Source of the DNA: Cycas panzhihuaensis
Lineage: Eukaryota > Plantae > Cycadophyta
Assembly (NCBI GenBank): GCA_023213395.1
Contig: CM041465.1
Coordinates: forward strand, 204,111,741 to 204,175,740
Reading direction: 5' to 3'
Length of the DNA stretch: 64,000 bases
The notes under the pieces were generated by a model. That model saw nothing but the letters and a program-made list of their open reading frames with translations, made no database searches and had not been told where the DNA came from. The translations under genes were made by a program, and so were the position numbers. This document shows positions 62,201 to 64,000 of this stretch, one piece after another (the first letter of the stretch is position 1; every line of letters begins with the position of its first letter).

Positions 62201-63012
62201 TTATGCATCTAATAAAAAGCATCTACTAACATAAGTAAAAACAACCTAACACAACAAGCCATTAAAAAATAAATAAATTTAATTTAATATTGCATTATAT
62301 TTTGTCACATTCTATTGCATTATATACAAGAAGAAAGAATTTACAACAATTATTTGCTATGTTTACACCATACATTATAATATATTTGGAATAAGTGAGC
62401 ATAATTCAAAGAACCCTATGATAGATCGGATAAATAACATAGTATAATGTAATGTAATGTAATGGATTGAATTTAGGGATTTCCATCCTTTTAATCCATT
62501 CTTAAGCATTGAAAACATCTTATGTCCTCATTAAAGACTAGAATATCCATTTTGTATAAAGCTCTCAAGTACCCCACATACCTCTCAAAATATGTATAAT
62601 TTTAAAAGTAAGTAATTTCATTAATAATAATCAAAATTATATTCTAATATATAGAGAGAGTATCTCAAGATGATCTATGTCGTTATGTAGACATAATGGC
62701 CATTTGCCTCTTCATTCTTGGCTAGTCAAAGGAAGTTGGGCCACAACTCACACTTGGTTTACTAGTTGCCACCATCTGATAGACCTTTGACTCTTGCTCC
62801 TTGAGACAAATATTCACGAAATCTGAAACTTTTGTACCACAACTTATTTCCAACTCAAGAAACACCTTCAAACAAATGTTGTTATTTTTAGTGCTTTGCA
62901 TGTAAAAGATTGGGTTATCAAATCCTTGTGACTTAATGGGCACTTCACCCAATTGTATTACATTTGATTTCCTAATTTAATGATAACCATTTTTATTTAT
63001 TTTTTAAATAAA

Positions 63013-63036
63013 ATATATATATATATATATATATAT
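63013..63036. repeat. (AT)12 microsatellite
   Basis: Read directly. Confidence 0.95.
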
Positions 63037-64000
63037 AATGATAAAATTGTTTTCGTTTTAACTAAAAATGTTGTTTTTATATTATCATTAAAAAAAATAG
63101 CGTAAAAAATTCTATATAAACTTTTGAATATCTGACAAATTTCTATTACAAATATTTAGGTCATATTTTGTCAAAATTTTATAATATCATATACGATTTT
63201 AAGGTAGTTCAATTTAATCTACCTACTTAGATAGATACAATTAAAAAAATCTAATATTTTTTGATATGAAATGATAAATTTTTAATAGAGCCCTTGAAAA
63301 AGCAAGGCCAGTGCCTATACCACTTGAAGCAAATATTGATATGATTTACTTTATAAGATTGCAACATGGTCAAATCCTATCTTAATTCATTTAAAATATC
63401 CAAACATAATAGAAAATGAACCATTTATAAAAGATACTTGATATTAATCATTCAACCATATATATACTATAAATATAAATATCATAAAATTGAAATACTA
63501 ACTTCCCGCCTAAGTAAAGCTAAGTATAGCCCCAAAGCATTTATTATCGTACTTATATATACAAGAAAGTAAATAGGTCATAGACTAAAAAGGATTTATA
63601 CAAAATGGGCCTAATTTATAAATAAAAAAGAATCGCATGACTATCTAATCAAATCTTTTAAATTGAATAAAGAAAATTTGATATATGAATTAGTGCAATA
63701 TTAAACATGCTTATATATAACCAAAGAATCTATACCTAATAAAAGCTCCTATATATCCAATGTAATGGTCTTAAATTCATCCAATTTTCCTTCTATTTAT
63801 AATATTATATCATATAAAGTTAATTTATAGTATTGGTTTTGAAGCAAGAATGTGGAGCCATTGTCAAGCATTGCCTAGTACTAAAATTTATCAATATTAT
63901 ATAAGATCAAGGCCTTGGGTGTATGCCAAAGATGGCAAGACTCTTAAATGTAACCATAATGATCATATAATACACATGTTCTTTAATTATGTTTCCCTTA

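Noticed and set aside
62722-62952. 76-aa ORF in a slightly GC-richer patch
   Set aside because: No recognisable motif or convincing splice context.

Overview
Eukaryotic, plant-type DNA. The retroelement families and deep nesting suggest a large genome such as a gymnosperm, which is inference. Bases 1-55.4 kb are a nest of decayed retroelements resolved by LTR pairs, primer-binding sites (PBS), polypurine tracts (PPT) and target-site duplications (TSD). They comprise: a Gypsy with an extra 3' ORF, split by a 5'-truncated L1 LINE; a minus-strand gag relic; an 18-kb Tat/Athila-like Gypsy with ~2.7-kb LTRs containing a Copia; two convergent chromovirus relics, the second hit three times within ~75 bp; and a gag-only Copia containing another Copia plus a 1165-bp tandem duplication. 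Bases 55.4-64 kb are non-TE-like, with CpG-rich promoter-like islands and three tandem duplications, but I could not identify any host protein-coding gene. No intact ORF survives in any element. The most unusual signals are an LTR-derived element with 72-bp inverted ends and a 5-bp TSD (41891-42484), ATAACTT..AAGTT modules at ~185-bp spacing in two different Copia leaders, a three-hairpin cluster in the Tat-like 3' UTR, and a gag-pol with a doubled capsid-like domain and no visible protease. Mismatch counts are by eye.
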